A DNA stretch of 64,000 bases, from contig CAZPAM010000006.1 of the NCBI GenBank assembly GCA_964584595.1, positions 814 through 64,813 of the forward strand. Direction: 5' to 3'. A program made the translations under genes and the position numbers. The stretch comes from an uncultured Candidatus Scalindua sp. Lineage in GTDB: Bacteria > Planctomycetota > Brocadiia > Brocadiales > Scalinduaceae. The notes under the pieces were generated by a model. That model saw only the letters and a list, made by a program, of their open reading frames with translations, was not told the origin of the DNA and searched no databases. The first letter of the stretch is position 1. Every line of letters starts with the position of its first letter. This document shows positions 20,901 to 30,275 of this stretch, in pieces.

Positions 20901-22121
20901 GGATTTCTTGGTGCAATGCGTCATTATATCGACTATGAGGCAGAAATGGAAATGAGCGGTTTGATGCGAGATTTAGAAAGATCTAACAATAAAGACCGCA
21001 AGGCACAAAGGCTAATTAAAATTAAAAGAGACCTGGAATTTTGCTGGAGGCTTCAGAATTATGACCTTTTTAACGAGGCGGTTTCGTGGTATCGGATGAT
21101 GCTAAAGGGACTTTCAGAGAAATCAGAAGACATTCCGGAAGTACGGAAGCATTACCGACATGCCTTAATAAGAAACGGAGATTATGATAAATATCTTAAG
21201 TATGTGGAGAAAACTTTCGATAAAGAAGAGGTCGAAGGGTGGACCGAGAGGATACTTGCAGGGGTTTTAGATCAAATGAAAAAAACAGAGCTTGCTCTTA
21301 GCTACGCCAAAGTGTCAATCGAAAAGAGCAAAGCTCAATTTAAAGAAGCAAAAAACTCCATGTCCAAGGATGATTACGAAGATTTTTACGCCCGATTGTC
21401 TCCCCACGTTTTCAAAACTTACTTGCTACTTGCTAACCTAATTATCCAAGAGGCATCACAAGGAAAAGAGGTATCTGGCTTCCTAAATGTTTTCGAAAGT
21501 GATACGTTTCGTTTAGAGGATCCTTTACGCCCAGTAGTGTTGAATACCATTGCTAAGGCCTATGCTACTGTAGATGAGTATACAACTGCCATTAAATTCA
21601 ACCAACATGCCATTAAAAATCTTAATCCATTTATTACCGGAGAATTGAAGACATATAAAAATGAAATAGAATTATGGAGTGAAGAAATCAAAAATCTAGA
21701 TGACGCATATTTGAATGAGAAAAATAAAAAAGAGAACCAACAAAACAGAAAAAATGACAAAAATCTTGCCAGTATTTTCCAAGACACCTATTGGTGGAAC
21801 AAAAGTTTTAGTTATCAGTCCTCTGAAGTTGAACCTGTAATCATACACTTGCGTTCAGATGGAACTTTTGGCCACCGCATTAAATCAGAGGCCTTCAACT
21901 ACCAGCCCTTTAATCAATGGCTAGTCAGTGAAGGAAATCTTATGATCTTTTGGAGTGGATCAGCTAAAGAGGTATTTTTGGTCGAAGGAGTTAATAAAGA
22001 CAAATTTGCAGGACGTTCTTATGGCAAATATACCAATCGCGTTGCTTTAAGTCGTCTTGAGAATGAATCTCAAATCACTGTGAAACAGGGAAAAGAAATT
22101 GGAATCGTTGATTCCAACTAG
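17958..22121 (+). CDS. TIR domain-TM-WD40/beta-propeller-HEAT/TPR-like protein
   Basis: FDAFISYRRSD...YLD...WLKREI TIR; RRRKRR then one TM; WD-like LSVWN, LELFD, LRIWY, IRVYD; helical C-half; GGAGG SD before ATG 17958. Confidence 0.85.
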   Translation: MKEKGEYKFDAFISYRRSDGSDAARWLRNKFQSYHLPPELREGRKEKLNIYLDAIYEKPSEDFWESTIAPALSDSAHLVLIATPEAYDRQSDGEVDWLKREIDYFISIHGINRVIIVLAKGNFDDPLPNGLKEKYPNIEIIDMRSLSSLFSRWTSSSLLQDRLRTIISSLQHVSREQMPLLRKEDARRRKRRIIINTIIGLLVFSLLGFALFQRKQNTLQKIADERKLKETKLKNANRAITLFQAEQTLEDAPGKTVAVAFATKNFGYSASAVSLVKKAIPLFPEYQILTTEERKPILAFEGYSKSFFGLESMTFAHSGDVLLVHHIEGFKVIEHKDSNGSFGGMSTELGRPGILSVWNITNGLKKSVLGDNLVGVKSYCLHDTYPNKLFVLMQNGNLETYRLRHDGMISDRKEITGIYDGITSEAGLNRLLAWTKEGKVYHLESDSVLELIWDASFPIAQTSLDRSGNIVAALGLDGSLELFDLREQRVILSTVSHVQNAEKPSFNVTWMRDKTYVSLLAKNECIVVGRRLGDKIELEVIDLRDGSSAWQWRGKGLFSTDTFGEKIAVLEHGKIIQWRLSRISGEENYASRLNIERDEWPLINADEYAGDAQAIVYGPSGEYLLTSNAPSYHGGGTLPGTLRIWYANPYTDDRAGDPHRGVFVGSRKNVPLNLAIDYQGDRFATFFADGKIRVYDIFPEREIDLQRKTDDAVDNIYHLPIPNRFLLTEEYKSPNDFFKSAESLFALRLSDEEQKALTEKLEGMDPLVTLFPEDVRDVPPSITINPKGMRDEQPNLLRMLHPSFSAVKSNYDPFKDNNLLLELIDDINEKKINDPQIIRRYLMAAEKDVLLLTGIQKSYLLDGLTSDDKDRQLKCIVGLGLTGDKMMISELKKQMKVMSDKELEKTLNWSIGFLERNGKDLSLSAAESLASDWNLGIPLLYAPVEKYESIRLKSLLSAPWDGRIWEVLVDLLQNENYSKTFGFLGAMRHYIDYEAEMEMSGLMRDLERSNNKDRKAQRLIKIKRDLEFCWRLQNYDLFNEAVSWYRMMLKGLSEKSEDIPEVRKHYRHALIRNGDYDKYLKYVEKTFDKEEVEGWTERILAGVLDQMKKTELALSYAKVSIEKSKAQFKEAKNSMSKDDYEDFYARLSPHVFKTYLLLANLIIQEASQGKEVSGFLNVFESDTFRLEDPLRPVVLNTIAKAYATVDEYTTAIKFNQHAIKNLNPFITGELKTYKNEIELWSEEIKNLDDAYLNEKNKKENQQNRKNDKNLASIFQDTYWWNKSFSYQSSEVEPVIIHLRSDGTFGHRIKSEAFNYQPFNQWLVSEGNLMIFWSGSAKEVFLVEGVNKDKFAGRSYGKYTNRVALSRLENESQITVKQGKEIGIVDSN

Positions 22122-22236
22122 ACTTATAGGCCAAGATAAACAAATATTTTATTTTAAATATAACAAAAATGTCTCCCAAATTATTATTCCGAGATTATAG
22201 AATATTTTAATTTAGTATACAGTTCAAAGAACTCCT

Positions 22237-22383
22237 CTTGACTCTGATGATATGTAAGTTTACTATTCCATCTCTTGTAATTCTAGAATCACAAAACCAA
22301 TATCACATAGAGTGCGTAGTTTAGTCATCTAATATTAAGTTTATTATTGCATGGATGTAAATACATGAACTTTCTTACCAAAA
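22237..22383 (+). repeat. Promoter/leader cassette, copy 2
   Basis: TTGACT-17-TACTAT and ATGAACTTTCTTACCAAAA; about 80% identical to copy 1 by manual comparison. Confidence 0.85.
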
Positions 22384-22425
22384 AAAGCTGTACTTAAATC
22401 TAAGTATCCATTTAAATCATAGATT

Positions 22426-23235
22426 ATGAAAGATGATGTAGATTTAAAAATATTAAAGCAGGAAGTTGACTCGCTCCAGATTCAGTTGGCAAAGGAGAAG
22501 GCACCCTGGTATAAAAGCGCTCCGGTTTTAATAGCCTTATTCGCATTCATATTCTCCTTCGGTACTACTTTAGTCTCCTATTACAATAGCCATAGACAAG
22601 AAATAAGAGAAAATAGGAGCGAGGCCAGGGAACTACTTCAGCGTATATCTAAGCTACCTCTTGAGAATTTTGAATTGTTAAAGAAATATGAAGGCGATGC
22701 TTTAGGTCAATCCTTATCGGCAATGGTGAATCAGGAAAATCTTCTCCTGATCACTCAAACTGTCGAGATGATCAAAAGATTTCCCGATTCTTTTTCATCC
22801 ACTGAATATTTTGCAGTTACTATGGCACTTGCAAATTCGAACATTACAAAAGACCTACCATTTTTCTATGAAAATGCAATTACAAAAGCAGAAAACTCTA
22901 ATGACTACAATGTTGCATCAAGAGCCTTCGCTGGGTATCTATTTACTATTGGTAAAGCAGATTTAGGTCGTAAGTATTATGATTTAGCGCTAAATGTGTG
23001 GAGTATATTCCCACCAGAGAGTCAACATTTTGTAAATTCTACCGATGCCCATACATTAATGTATTGGGCGCAGTCAGAGTCGAGTGTAAGCAACCACCAC
23101 AAAGCTAATGAATTTATCGATAATGCTATACAAAAAGCTCAACTTCTACCATCCAGTCCATTTAAAGATTCTCTTGTAAATCAGATCAATTATTCTTCAA
23201 GAATGATCAAACAAGCAGCTGCAAGGGACAGCTAA
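22426..23235 (+). CDS. Single-pass membrane protein with TPR-like helical C-terminus
   Basis: 269-aa ORF; hydrophobic VLIALFAFIFSFGTTLV; GRKYYDLAL and ANEFIDNAI TPR-like helices. Confidence 0.75.
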   Translation: MKDDVDLKILKQEVDSLQIQLAKEKAPWYKSAPVLIALFAFIFSFGTTLVSYYNSHRQEIRENRSEARELLQRISKLPLENFELLKKYEGDALGQSLSAMVNQENLLLITQTVEMIKRFPDSFSSTEYFAVTMALANSNITKDLPFFYENAITKAENSNDYNVASRAFAGYLFTIGKADLGRKYYDLALNVWSIFPPESQHFVNSTDAHTLMYWAQSESSVSNHHKANEFIDNAIQKAQLLPSSPFKDSLVNQINYSSRMIKQAAARDS

Positions 23236-23255
23236 CTCCGCCCTCTACGTTAAAT

Positions 23256-25334
23256 TTAACCCGTATTTATCAAATCGAGCTTGTCCTTAAAGCATTCTGT
23301 AATCCTTTTGAGAAGTATTTGTTTCTTTGAGGACTTTGATTTATGACCTTCTTTCACAAGTTTAAATGCATCATCTCTTGCTAATTTTAATATATCAAAA
23401 TCATTGATTATGTCTCCTATCCTGAATTCCGGCAGACCGTGCTGTCGTGTGCCAAAGAACTCACCCGGCCCCCTGAGTCTCAGGTCTTCTTCCGCGATCT
23501 TAAATCCATCGTTTGTAGCCAGCATGGTCGCAATCCTCTGTCGGGATTCGACGCTTTTGGGTGTACCAAAGAGCAGGCAGTATGATTGGTGTGAACTGCG
23601 CCCTATCCTACCGCGGAGTTGGTGAAGCTGAGCAAGTCCAAAACGATCTGCATGCTCTATCGCCATAACAGTGGCATTCGGCACATCAATTCCCACCTCA
23701 ATTACAATTGTTGACACAAGAATATCATATTTATGATTAATAAAATCAGTCATGACCAAATCCTTCACTTCTGATTTCATCTGACCGTGCAAGAGCCCAA
23801 CATTTAGCCCGGTGAATACTTCATCCCTGAGCCTCTCCGCCTCCACAGTTGCAGACTTGAGGTCGAGTTTGTCCGATTCATCCACAAGCGGGAATACAAC
23901 AAATGCCTGCCTCCCCTTCTCTATTTCTTTACGAATGAATCCGTAAGCATCATTTTCTTTCTTTGCGGTTACACGATATGTCTCCACCGGTGTACGGCCG
24001 GGAGGAAGTTCATCAATAGTAGAAATATCAAGATCTCCAAAGACCGTCAGAGAAAGGCTCCTGGGTATAGGGGTTGCCGTCATGACGAGTACGTCCGGCT
24101 GCGGCTTGTGTGCCTTTTGCCTAAGTCTTGTACGCTGCATTACGCCAAACTTGTGCTGTTCGTCAATCACTATCAACCCCAGCTTTTTAAATTCCACGTC
24201 CTCCTGGATCAGGGCATGTGTGCCAATGACAAGGTCAATTTCACCCTGCTTAATACGCTCAATATTTTCCTTCCGTATCTTTGCCTTACCGCCCCCTGTG
24301 AGGAGCAATATTTTTACCTCGGCTTGCGAGAGCATTTCTCCCAGTGTACGAAAGTGCTGTTCGGCAAGGATTTCTGTAGGCGCCATAAAGGCAGTCTGAA
24401 AACCATTTGCAATGGCAGCAAAAAGTGCATAAACAGCCACGGCAGTCTTACCGGAACCAACGTCCCCCTGCAGAAGGCGATTCATAGGCCTCTCACTGCA
24501 CATGTCTTCGTGTATTTCCCTGATGACTCCGTTCTGGCTATTCGTAAGTTTGAACGGAAAGAGTTTGTATATATGCTTTTCAACATTTGGCCCTATTTTA
24601 AATTTGTTTCCATTGACCTCTTTTATACTGCGTTTACGAAGTGCCATTGCCGTTTCAAAAACAAAGAATTCTTCATACTTCAGCCTTCTCCTGGATTCTT
24701 CAAGGCTGTCTAAGGAATCGGGAAAGTGAACATTCTTTATTGCAAAGGTAATTGGCACAAACTTATGTTTCTTGAGAATGTCTTCCGTAAATATCTCTTC
24801 AACCTTTTGAAAATGATCGCCAACAACCGTTTTCACAAGTTTGCGGAAGCTGGTTTGCCTGACGTCCTCTGTAAGTGGATAAACGGGTATTATTCCCACA
24901 CTCTTAGCTGAACCATCTTCTTCTGTAACTATCTCAAATTCAGGATTCACCATCTGAAGTGACTGCTTATATAAAGAGACCTTACCATATAGGAATACAT
25001 GATCATCGACCTGAAACATATCACTCTGATAGGGCCGGTTAAACCACTTAACCTGTAGAATACCTTCACCGTCCCCAATTGATATCTCAAAGACATTCTT
25101 CCACCCTCTGGTTTTGTATGACTTAATATTGAAGACAATACCCTTCACCATTGCGGTGTCACCATCTGCAAGATTGGAAATTTTTTCTACTCTGGATCTG
25201 TCCTGATGTGTACGGGGAAAGTAATATAGAATGTCTCGTACGGTATGAATGCCCAACCTTCCAAGCGTTTGAGCTCTTTTAGGTCCGACTCCCTTGATGT
25301 ATTGAATAGATTTGTCTAGATCTGATGAGGACAA
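23256..25334 (-). CDS. recG: ATP-dependent DNA helicase RecG
   Basis: KGVGPKR, RLLQGDVGSGKT, DEQHKFG, MTATPIPR, QLHQLRGRIGR, DLRLRGPGE. Confidence 0.97.
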   Translation of the reverse strand: MSSSDLDKSIQYIKGVGPKRAQTLGRLGIHTVRDILYYFPRTHQDRSRVEKISNLADGDTAMVKGIVFNIKSYKTRGWKNVFEISIGDGEGILQVKWFNRPYQSDMFQVDDHVFLYGKVSLYKQSLQMVNPEFEIVTEEDGSAKSVGIIPVYPLTEDVRQTSFRKLVKTVVGDHFQKVEEIFTEDILKKHKFVPITFAIKNVHFPDSLDSLEESRRRLKYEEFFVFETAMALRKRSIKEVNGNKFKIGPNVEKHIYKLFPFKLTNSQNGVIREIHEDMCSERPMNRLLQGDVGSGKTAVAVYALFAAIANGFQTAFMAPTEILAEQHFRTLGEMLSQAEVKILLLTGGGKAKIRKENIERIKQGEIDLVIGTHALIQEDVEFKKLGLIVIDEQHKFGVMQRTRLRQKAHKPQPDVLVMTATPIPRSLSLTVFGDLDISTIDELPPGRTPVETYRVTAKKENDAYGFIRKEIEKGRQAFVVFPLVDESDKLDLKSATVEAERLRDEVFTGLNVGLLHGQMKSEVKDLVMTDFINHKYDILVSTIVIEVGIDVPNATVMAIEHADRFGLAQLHQLRGRIGRSSHQSYCLLFGTPKSVESRQRIATMLATNDGFKIAEEDLRLRGPGEFFGTRQHGLPEFRIGDIINDFDILKLARDDAFKLVKEGHKSKSSKKQILLKRITECFKDKLDLINTG

Positions 25335-25354
25335 TGATATTTACCTCTGAAAGC

Positions 25355-27127
25355 CTAGTCCGGCTTCTGAAGTGACAGGCCGAGATCTTTTAGCTGTTTT
25401 TCGTCGACATTCGAAGGGGCATCAACCATAAGGCACGTCGCCTTCTGTGTTTTCGGGAATGCTATAACTTCTCTTATATCATCAAGCCCTAATAGTATGG
25501 TTACCATTCTATCAAGTCCCAAGGCTATGCCGCCGTGCGGAGGAGCTCCGTATTTGAGAGCTTCGAGCAGGAATCCAAATCTCTCCTGCGCCGTGGCCTC
25601 ATCAATATTGAGCAAGTTGAATATCTTTTTTTGCACATCCTGCCGGTGTATTCTTATGCTGCCACCGCCCAATTCAACCCCATTCAACACAATGTCGTAA
25701 GCCCTTGCCCTGACATCCAGCGGACGTTCTTCAAGAAACTCCAGATCGTCAGGGTGTGGTGACGTGAAAGGGTGATGAAGAGAATCGTATCTATCCATCT
25801 CCTCGTTATATTCGAATAAAGGAAAATCAACAACCCAGGACAAATTAAATTCATCTTCATTAATGAGACCGTTGGTTTTGGCAATACTGAGTCGCAGTTG
25901 TGACAGCGCCTGTGATACCACACTTTCCTTGTCAGCAACAAACAGTAGTAGATCGCCGGGTACAGCACTGAATCGTTCTATTATTTCTTTCTGCAGTTCT
26001 TCGGTAAAGAACTTTGCAATCTGAGAAGTGAGTCCGTTTTCGTCAACCTTAAACCACGCAAGGCCCTTTGCCCCGAATTGGTTGACAAAGGTTGTAAGTT
26101 CGTCTATCTCTTTTCTCGAAAGCTTTGCACAGCCCGTTGCATTGATACCTCTAATCTGGCCCCCGGATTCAGCAACACTTTTAAACACCTTGAAGTCAGA
26201 TTTTATAGCTATGTCTGTTATCTCCTTTATTGTCATCTCAAACCTCAAGTCCGGGGCATCGCACCCGTATAGACTCATGGCATCACGATACGAAAGCCGT
26301 TTGAATGGAGCAGAAATCTCTTTACCAAGTACTGTTTTAAATACCTCTACTACCAATCCTTCTATAATATTTATAACATCATCTTCCCTGACGAATGACA
26401 TCTCCAGATCGAGCTGTGTGAATTCAGGCTGACGCTGTGCACGAAGGTCCTCATCCCTGAAACACTTGACTATCTGAAAATATCTGTCGAAGCCGGAGAT
26501 CATCAATATCTGTTTAAAGAGCTGGGGTGATTGCGGCAGTGCATAGAATTGTCCCCTGTTTATTCTGCTCGGAACAAGATAGTCTCTGGCGCCCTCCGGT
26601 GTGCTCTTGGTCAGGAACGGCGTTTCAACCTCAATAAAATCATTACTGTCAAAGTACTTCCTTGCAGCCTGGCAAACCTTGTGCCTGGAAGTTAAGTACT
26701 TCTGCATAACCGGACGTCTCAGATCCAGGTATCTGTACTTGAGCCTTAATTCAGTTGAAACCTCGGTATCGGCCATAATCTCAAATGGCGGTGTCTCACT
26801 TGTATTTAATATTTCAAGTTTGTCAACCATCACATCTATCTCACCCGTATCTAAATCAGGGTTAGCCATTCCCTCAGGCCTCTCTTCAACCTTACCTTTC
26901 ACTGCTATAACATATTCTGACCTGAGGTCTGATGCCTCTTTATGAGTTTCTGCATTATGTTCCGGGTTGAATACCACTTGTGTCTTACCGTATCTGTCTC
27001 TCAAATCAATAAAAATAACTCCGCCGTGATCTCTTCTGGTATCTACCCAGCCGGAGAGCGTAACCTCACTCCCTGCATCAGCCTTGCGAAGCTGTCCGCA
27101 TGTATGTGTTCTTTGCAAATCAGACAT
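25355..27127 (-). CDS. aspS: Aspartate--tRNA ligase, probably non-discriminating
   Basis: RTHTCG, RRDHGGVIFIDLRD, YALPQSPQLFKQ, HHPFT, GAPPHGG. Confidence 0.97.
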   Translation of the reverse strand: MSDLQRTHTCGQLRKADAGSEVTLSGWVDTRRDHGGVIFIDLRDRYGKTQVVFNPEHNAETHKEASDLRSEYVIAVKGKVEERPEGMANPDLDTGEIDVMVDKLEILNTSETPPFEIMADTEVSTELRLKYRYLDLRRPVMQKYLTSRHKVCQAARKYFDSNDFIEVETPFLTKSTPEGARDYLVPSRINRGQFYALPQSPQLFKQILMISGFDRYFQIVKCFRDEDLRAQRQPEFTQLDLEMSFVREDDVINIIEGLVVEVFKTVLGKEISAPFKRLSYRDAMSLYGCDAPDLRFEMTIKEITDIAIKSDFKVFKSVAESGGQIRGINATGCAKLSRKEIDELTTFVNQFGAKGLAWFKVDENGLTSQIAKFFTEELQKEIIERFSAVPGDLLLFVADKESVVSQALSQLRLSIAKTNGLINEDEFNLSWVVDFPLFEYNEEMDRYDSLHHPFTSPHPDDLEFLEERPLDVRARAYDIVLNGVELGGGSIRIHRQDVQKKIFNLLNIDEATAQERFGFLLEALKYGAPPHGGIALGLDRMVTILLGLDDIREVIAFPKTQKATCLMVDAPSNVDEKQLKDLGLSLQKPD

Positions 27128-28426
27128 TTATTTATTTCCTTTCACTATCTGTATTATCTTATCAGTATCATCCGAGAAGGTTTCCTCCCCGGTCTGCATG
27201 TCCTTCAATTTGATCACCCCTTTTTCTATTTCGTCGGGCCCCATAATGATAGTAAATCTTGAATTGACCTTGTTAGCAACCTTCATCTGCGCCTTTGGAG
27301 TTCTGCTTTCATAGTCCATATCAACTGATATACCATTCTGCCTCAGTTCATTGAGAAGTTTGAAACAGTGGTTTCTGGTCTCAGCGCTTATTGATACTAT
27401 GTATACATCCGGCGCCAATGGCGACGTATTAGACTGCAACTTCTGTTTCTTATCTCTTGTATTTAATAAGGCTATCATTGATGCCTCCATACCGGCAGCA
27501 AATCCGACTGCGCCTGTTGGCGGCCCGCCAATGTCGGATATCAGGTTATCATAGCGTCCGCCCGCGCATATCGTATCTCTCGCACCCATTGCCGAATGCG
27601 TTATTTCATAAACTGTCTTTGTATAATAGTCCAAACCCCTTACAAGGTGAGGGTCTATTGTATATTCAAGATTTATATCTTCGAATGCGCCCTTAACTGT
27701 TTTAAAATGATCCCGGCACTCACTACACGTATGGTCCTCTGTGTTTGATACATTCTGGCGAATTTCTTTACACTTTTTCTGTTTGCAGTCAAGTACCCTG
27801 AACACATTCCTTTCAATCCTTGCCTTGCAGAGTTCGCATAGTTCATCTTTATATTGTAATAGTTCCTCTTTCAGTATTGCCCTGTATCCCGGCCTGCATT
27901 TCTCACATCCGATAGTGTTTACCTTGACCACGTATCCAGCCAGCCCCAGACGATCGTATACTCTCGTGGCAACCTTTATCGTTTCAACATCAAGCAGTGG
28001 ATCGTATGATCCTATCGCCTCTACGCCCATTTGATGGAACTGCCTTAATCTCCCTGCCTGTGGACGTTCCTTTCTGAACATTGGCCCGATGTAATAGAAT
28101 TTTCGAAATTTCTTTGTCTTGAATAGTTCATATTCGAGATATGCCCTCATAACCGGTGCCGTATTTTCAGGACGAAGCGTAATGGTTGAACCGGCGGTAT
28201 CGCCAAAAGTGTACATCTCTTTTTCTACTATGTCTGTAGTTTCTCCGATACTCCTTACAAAGAGACGTGTATCTTCAAAAACCGGCGTCCTTATCTCATG
28301 ATATCCGGCTGTCTCAAACTCTTCCCTTGCCGCGGCTTCCATCTCAGCCCATAACAACCTTTCGTCAGGGAAGATATCTTTCATGCCCAGCGGGGCTTTT
28401 ACATATTTGTCGTTACTCTTGTCCAT
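27128..28426 (-). CDS. hisS: Histidine--tRNA ligase
   Basis: KEMYTF, LRPENTA, ERPQAGRLRQF, LVRGLDYY, GGRYD. Confidence 0.97.
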   Translation of the reverse strand: MDKSNDKYVKAPLGMKDIFPDERLLWAEMEAAAREEFETAGYHEIRTPVFEDTRLFVRSIGETTDIVEKEMYTFGDTAGSTITLRPENTAPVMRAYLEYELFKTKKFRKFYYIGPMFRKERPQAGRLRQFHQMGVEAIGSYDPLLDVETIKVATRVYDRLGLAGYVVKVNTIGCEKCRPGYRAILKEELLQYKDELCELCKARIERNVFRVLDCKQKKCKEIRQNVSNTEDHTCSECRDHFKTVKGAFEDINLEYTIDPHLVRGLDYYTKTVYEITHSAMGARDTICAGGRYDNLISDIGGPPTGAVGFAAGMEASMIALLNTRDKKQKLQSNTSPLAPDVYIVSISAETRNHCFKLLNELRQNGISVDMDYESRTPKAQMKVANKVNSRFTIIMGPDEIEKGVIKLKDMQTGEETFSDDTDKIIQIVKGNK

Positions 28427-28530
28427 TAATGCAATATTTCATAAGATTAAAAGGTCAAAGGAGTTATATTTTTTGCAATTATATCAGCTCAGGTTCAATA
28501 TTCAAGGGATTAAAAAAACAATGTTATTCT

Positions 28531-28555
28531 GCCACTAAGACCCCAAGACACAAAG
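28531..28555 (+). repeat. GCCACTAAG...CCAAGACAC intergenic repeat arm
   Basis: Matches the left arm at 59952-59975. Confidence 0.55.
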
Positions 28556-28677
28556 AATTTAAAAGATGTAAAAGAGAATGTTACAAAGCAAATAGATAAA
28601 GCTTTATAATGTCTCTTAGCTTTGCGCCTTCCAGACCAAATAGCATTAAAATGAAATAAGGTTGCTTATCAAAAATT

Positions 28678-29823
28678 CTAAACATTACTTAAAACATCAA
28701 GTAGTTTTTCCAGGTCCTTTTTTGTATGTGTTGACATGACCGTCATCCTGAGACGGCTGGATCTGGCTGGAACGGTAGGCGGGCGAATTGCCGGAATCAA
28801 GATACCATTTTTATAAAGAATCTTCGACACATCAACGGCCTTCTTCGCATCTCCTATCAAGATTGGAATAATCGGACTTTCCGAAGGAATTACGTTAAGG
28901 TTGAGCAAGTCCAGTTTCTCCTTTAAATAACGCACATTGTTCCAGAGTGATTTTCTGAGTGAAGGATTTTTTCGGATTAACTTTATGCCTGTAATTGATG
29001 CGGCACAGACGGCAGGCGGGAGCGCTGTTGTGTACATGAAAGGCCTTGCTTTATTTCTAAGAAAATTGATTAGATCTGCATCACCAGAAACATAACCACC
29101 CAGACTTCCAACCGCCTTACTTAATGTCCCCATGACAATGCTTACCTTCTTACTCAGATTGAAATGTTCAACTACCCCCCTGCCCTTTTTCCCGAAGACT
29201 CCGGTACCGTGAGCCTCATCAACCATGACCATTGCTTTATATTTATGAGCAATCCTGACAATATCCGGAAGCGGTGCGATATCGCCGTCCATACTGAAAA
29301 CTGTATCCGTAACAATTAATTTGTGAGGGTATTTTGTAGATTTCTTTAGTATGTTTTCGAGTTTTTCCATATCACAATGAGGATAAACCCTGAAGTCAGC
29401 CCCTGATAACCGGCACCCATCAATAATACTTGCATGGTTCAGTTTGTCGCAAATGACTAAATCCCCTTTCGATACCAAAGAAGAGATTGTACCTATATTG
29501 GCCATGTATCCGGTTGGGAAGACAATAGAAGCCTCCTTTTCTTTGAATCTTGAGATTTCACCCTCGAGCGCCTTATGCATTCTCATGTTCCCGGAGACTA
29601 ATCTGGACGCCCCTGTCCCCCATCCATACTTTTCTACTGCATCCTTAACAGCTTTTATAACTAATGGATTATTTGCAAGGCCGAGGTAATTGTTTGAACA
29701 AAAAGATAAATATGTTTTGCCCTTTATTTCTATATGCGTACCCTGAGACCCTTCTACAATATTAAGTTCTCTATAAAGGCCGGCTCTCTTAATTTTTTTA
29801 AGTTCGTCTGATATGTGTTTCAT
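28678..29823 (-). CDS. bioF: 8-amino-7-oxononanoate synthase
   Basis: SNNYLGLA, GASRLVSG, NHASIIDG, FSMDGD, DEAHG, GTLSKA, AIRPPTVP. Confidence 0.93.
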   Translation of the reverse strand: MKHISDELKKIKRAGLYRELNIVEGSQGTHIEIKGKTYLSFCSNNYLGLANNPLVIKAVKDAVEKYGWGTGASRLVSGNMRMHKALEGEISRFKEKEASIVFPTGYMANIGTISSLVSKGDLVICDKLNHASIIDGCRLSGADFRVYPHCDMEKLENILKKSTKYPHKLIVTDTVFSMDGDIAPLPDIVRIAHKYKAMVMVDEAHGTGVFGKKGRGVVEHFNLSKKVSIVMGTLSKAVGSLGGYVSGDADLINFLRNKARPFMYTTALPPAVCAASITGIKLIRKNPSLRKSLWNNVRYLKEKLDLLNLNVIPSESPIIPILIGDAKKAVDVSKILYKNGILIPAIRPPTVPARSSRLRMTVMSTHTKKDLEKLLDVLSNV

Positions 29824-29956
29824 ATCTCTGTTTATATTGAATAATTAACATTAAAATCGTATTGCCTATCTTAATTCATTTGTTATACTTTTGACAGGAA
29901 GTAAATATCTCAAAGACCATAGATAAAAGCAGAAATCCAATTTATATCATCCAGAA

Positions 29957-30274
29957 ATGTCAAACCATATTGTAATTTATATTACCACAAGCTCAGCAAA
30001 TGAAGCAAAGAAGATAGGACGTGCACTGGTTGAAGAAAAACTGGCGGCATGCTCTAATATAATATCTCCCATTCGTTCAATCTATAGCTGGCAGGGAAAG
30101 ATATGTGATGACAAAGAAGCATTGATGGTACTGAAAACAAAGAAAAAACTTTTTAAACAAATTGTAGCAAGAGTTGAAAAACTGCACAGCTATGAGGTTC
30201 CGGAAATTATAGCTATGCCCATAATAGAAGGCTCCGATAAATATCTATCCTGGCTCAATAAAGAAACTAAATAA
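29957..30274 (+). CDS. cutA: Divalent-cation tolerance protein CutA
   Basis: LVEEKLAAC, SIYSWQG, HSYEVPEII. Confidence 0.95.
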   Translation: MSNHIVIYITTSSANEAKKIGRALVEEKLAACSNIISPIRSIYSWQGKICDDKEALMVLKTKKKLFKQIVARVEKLHSYEVPEIIAMPIIEGSDKYLSWLNKETK

Positions 30275-30275
30275 A

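Noticed and set aside
24108-24713. 201-aa plus-strand ORF and the many other short ORFs opposite long genes
   Set aside because: Antisense to well-supported genes such as recG; no motifs or RBS
28267-28599. 110-aa ORF
   Set aside because: Overlaps hisS antisense and runs through an intergenic repeat
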